A stretch of 64,000 bases of DNA from Oikopleura dioica. Its lineage: Eukaryota; Animalia; Chordata. Location of the stretch: contig OU015567.1 of the NCBI GenBank assembly GCA_907165135.1, positions 13,578,001 through 13,642,000 of the forward strand, in the 5' to 3' direction. Made by a program: the position numbers and the translations under genes. Shown here piece after piece: positions 60,501 through 64,000 of this stretch. Below the pieces are notes generated by a model, which saw nothing but the letters and a program-made list of their open reading frames with translations, made no database searches and was not told the DNA's origin. Numbering within the stretch: position 1 is the first letter of the stretch; every line of letters begins with the position of its first letter.

Positions 60501-61345
60501 AAATAACCCATTCTTACTCGATAATCAACGAAGGTCGTATTGACGTCAAACATGGAAACATTTTAATTTACTGGCCGATGTACTCATCCTCCGAGAGCAA
60601 AATCCTCTCTTACGAGAGCCCCTCGATCTACCCCGAAGAAAGCGTAGAATGCGTTCTCTGGGACCAGCGCCAATTCAAACCAAGGAACTCGTCGGTCTTT
60701 TACGAGCATTTAGATAAATCCGGAGCTATTGATTATGTAAGAAATTGGTTTCAAACGGCCAAACTAATTAATTATTTCAATAGAGTTGCGAGCCAAGAGG
60801 AGCAGCTACCTGCATCACAATCAAATGCGAAATCAAAGATCTCCGACATCGTGACTCAATAGATATCTCAATCAGTGGAAATTTCTCTTCCGCCTGGTTC
60901 AATGCTCACAAAAACGATACAAAAATAACATCGAAGTTGTTGTTGCAAATCCCAAAAGACGGATATGAAGGGAAAATCCTCGCAAAAGATGAGATCAAAA
61001 TCGAGGAATCTGTAAGTTCAGATGAAAATTGTCATAAATAACGAGCTCGATTAGTACCTAACCAAAATCAACGTTCATCAAACTGTCCGTATCCCACTTT
61101 GGATCGTGATTGCTGCTAGCGCCCTCGGAGTGACGTTGATGGCACTTGTCTTTACATACTGCTATAAAGTCGGCTTTTTCGATAAATCAGAGATGTATTC
61201 TGCAGGTAAGTCTTCCTTGATTCCATTGTTTGAAAAGATAACTGAAAACGTAGAAGACGATTTTGTTCCAGTTCACACAGCAGTTATACACAAACCGACG
61301 CCGCGCGAAGCACAACACATCCAGTTCAATCTAATCGTGCAATAG
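57506..61345 (+). CDS. Integrin alpha chain (no I-domain seen)
   Basis: Signal, then FNLL|DNP..DFGRSVA..LLVGAP; FG-GAP repeats QFGASLVVGDFNGDGKEDIAIGAP and FGSSLTTHDLNRDGFDDLIV; TM, then KVGFFDK; GA-AG intron 57573-57651. Confidence 0.92.
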
Positions 61346-61497
61346 AAACAAACCTTGAATATTCCTTGTAAATAAAATTAATTTATTTTCTGTAAAATAA
61401 AGCTACTGACTCATTTTTTTCGAGAAGTTCTCCGCGAGAAACAACCATCTGTTTCTTTTTTCAGCTTCAGAACATGTGATAGCTCAGTATTCTGAAA

Positions 61498-62733
61498 ATG
61501 AAGTTCTCAGTTGCCTTTATCGCGGGCGTTTTTGCCGATACCCAATGTGAAGCAAAGGGAGGAACATGTACGGACTTCCGATATACAACTTGCCATGCAG
61601 GTTATGAGAGATACATTTGCAACGGCGATAGTAATCGCCAGTGCTGTCTATTCTGCTCACCAACTTGCGAGGAGAAAGAACAGCTTGACTCTCAAAATGA
61701 CTCAAAGTAAGTTTATTTGTTGCAATTTGATTTTCAACTTCGATTAGATGCACAAGCGCAGGTGGAGAATGCAAGCATGACACAAACTACTGCAGCGGCC
61801 AGTATCAATCTGGCCTCTGTGGAGGTGGTGCATCTCGAAAATGCTGTACTGCTAAGGCAGATCCGGAGCCGCCCGTAGATGTCGGAGAAGACTATTTTAA
61901 CATTTACTTTGGATACAAACTCGGCGGAAAAATCTCAGGCGAGAATTTCTCTTCATTGGGCGATGCAAAGGCAAGATGCACTGCACTTGGATCGGGCTGC
62001 TCTGGTGTTGTGAACGATTACGCGGGACATTATTATTTGTCAACGAGTTACTCCTTTAGCTCTGCTAGTGGCCACTACACGTACGAAAAGGGCGAGAAAT
62101 GGTCAGCCAGATTTGTCCCAAGAGTCGAGTGGGAAGCGAGAAGCCCAGTCGGCGTTTCGAACTTTAACCTCCCTGCAAGCCATGGTCTGATCGGCCATCA
62201 TACTGCTGGATCTCACTGTACTGACAAAGAATCATGTATTCGGGTTATGAAGGGCATTCAAAACTATCATATGGATTCTCGAGGTTGGTCTGATATTGGA
62301 TACAACTTTTTGGTCGGAGAAGACGGCCGAATTTACGAGGTTAGAGTTAAACACCACCCACCCATCCTCAATTATCGCTCGCTCATCCCTTGCTTAGATA
62401 AACAATTTGATAGGGACGCGGTCAATGGCGTCAAGGAGCGCACTGTAGCAACTGGAACTCGAACACTCTTGGATTCTCTATTATGGGAGACTACAGTAAC
62501 CGTCTCCCAAATCAAAATGCTCTTGATGCTGTTGATGAGCTTATTGCTTGGTTAGAGCGAAGAAACTACCTAAACAGAAGCTGTTACGAATTTGCAGGCC
62601 ATCGAGACCATGGAAATACCCTTTGTCCAGGAGATCCTCTCTATGGTAATTTACCACATTTTACAACACTGACGTATCATTTCAAGCTCTCTGGGGATCC
62701 GGAAAATATCCACACTGGCACGAAAGCTGCTAA
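61498..62733 (+). CDS. PGRP: Secreted peptidoglycan recognition protein (amidase type) with two N-terminal six-Cys repeats
   Basis: HHTAG..C...C...IQNYHM...GWSDIGYNFLVGEDGRIYE|GRG..GAH, GHRD..TLCPG; the Zn-ligand His/His/Cys and catalytic Tyr appear present; N-terminal CEAKGGTC..C..C..CC and CTSAGGEC..C..C..CC. Confidence 0.92.
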
Positions 62734-62945
62734 AGCATTCATTAGCAAAAACTGGAAAAATAAAACGCTATAATTATTTTTGAAGGAAGATTCTGTTCAA
62801 GCCAATATGATATCTGTAACAATTTATTTATTGGTGGCAATAGAAAGGCGAATACTGCATATTTTAATTAGCTCAGCTTACGAATTGGAGAAGTTGACAA
62901 TGTACAGTTGAAGATTTAAAAAATACTGATGAAAAGGGTCTTTCT

Positions 62946-64000
62946 TTACAAGATTAGGCAAACACCGAAGAGAACTGCCATGAGGGTTGAAACATGCGGC
63001 GTTATGGAACTATCGGGCATATTTCTTTGTTGCTCAACTCCTGAAATCAAGTTTGTTAGGCTTTGATCCAACTTTTTGACCTTACCTTTGAATGTGAGAA
63101 CATGGATGTAATTCGCTTCGGGAATGAAAATATCGACATTTCCGTCTCCATCCACATCCCGGACTGCAGGAACTCCGATGGTATTTTTTCTTTCAAGAAT
63201 AACTTCTGTTGTGTAGTGCCAGATGTACGCTGACCACGACTTTGGCCTCAAAATGTACACTTTTCCGTTTGATGCACCAGAGACGAGGATTGAAGGCTTT
63301 TCTGTAGGTGATTTTCCAGGGTAAAATGCATAGACTCCACCTTATATAAGCGCTTGAAATCAAGGAAGACCGACGTCTGAATTACCTGGCGTAAGTGCTC
63401 TATAATTGACGCTAGGCTCAAATGCTTGCGAGAGGATGTGTTTTCGCCAGATTCCCTTTTGGAATGAGCTTTGTTCTGGGACTTCGTAACAGATGACTTT
63501 TCCAGGTTGTCCTCTGATACCAGTGACGGACGTGAGAATATCAAGTCGACCGTCAGCATTGACATCGATAATTTCAATGTTAACATAAGATCCTTCTTCA
63601 CCAATGACTGTCTTTTGGATTCTATGAGTACAAGTAAGAAAATGATCGTTTGTCGGTTCTGATACCTGCTGATTCTTGTCCAATCGTTATCTGGATCATC
63701 AACCCAATAGAACACGAGCTGTGGCTCGGACGATCCTGCGCAAATGATCAGCAAACGCTTCACGTCACCATCCTTTATCCACATTGTTTTAAATTGAGTT
63801 CCTCCGACATTCTTATCAATAACAGACACCATCCATTTCGAGTTTCCTGGTGGCTGTTGCATCCAAACCAGCTCTTGCTGTCCTGTAGGATTTGTTCTAA
63901 AGATAAGATTAAAAGAGAAGAAATGGAAGATATATTTACCGGATAGCGATAGCATCAGCATTGCCATCCAAGTCCATATCAACCCATTCTACATGAGTGT
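62946..64000 (-). CDS. FG-GAP/VCBS-repeat protein with a hydrophobic (GPI-like) C-terminus; 5' part outside the window
   Basis: IIDVNADGRLDIL, VRDVDGDGNVDIF, DLDMDG at the window edge; C-terminus STLMAVLFGVCLIL-stop. Confidence 0.7.

Overview
Compact, AT-rich eukaryotic (animal) genomic DNA with many 35-80 nt introns, some GC-AG or GA-AG. This points to a larvacean tunicate such as Oikopleura (inference, not verified). I found no rRNA, convincing tRNA or CRISPR array. Gene order: ~9 kb non-coding region rich in CSL/Su(H) motifs; NRARP-like ankyrin gene; two small orphan genes; SLCO; Ig-superfamily receptor; SLC10A7; SLC51A/OST-alpha-like; Ig/IQ-motif gene; TTLL6/13-like; CYP2-clan P450; possible MARVEL-like gene; CLCN3/4/5; large secreted sushi/Tyr-rich polyprotein; SLC17; a 6.7 kb Mutator element; integrin alpha; PGRP amidase; FG-GAP protein (partial). 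Two observations stand out. (1) Three different non-autonomous hAT-like elements each sit inside a coding exon of an otherwise intact-looking gene, and each has splice sites in or beside its TIR/TSD that would restore the frame (an Introner-like system). (2) The Mutator element carries antisense fragments of a TRPM channel and of the RNA polymerase III largest subunit inside its transposase gene, apparently in introns (Pack-MULE-like). Exon structures were inferred by eye, so internal boundaries are approximate unless stated.
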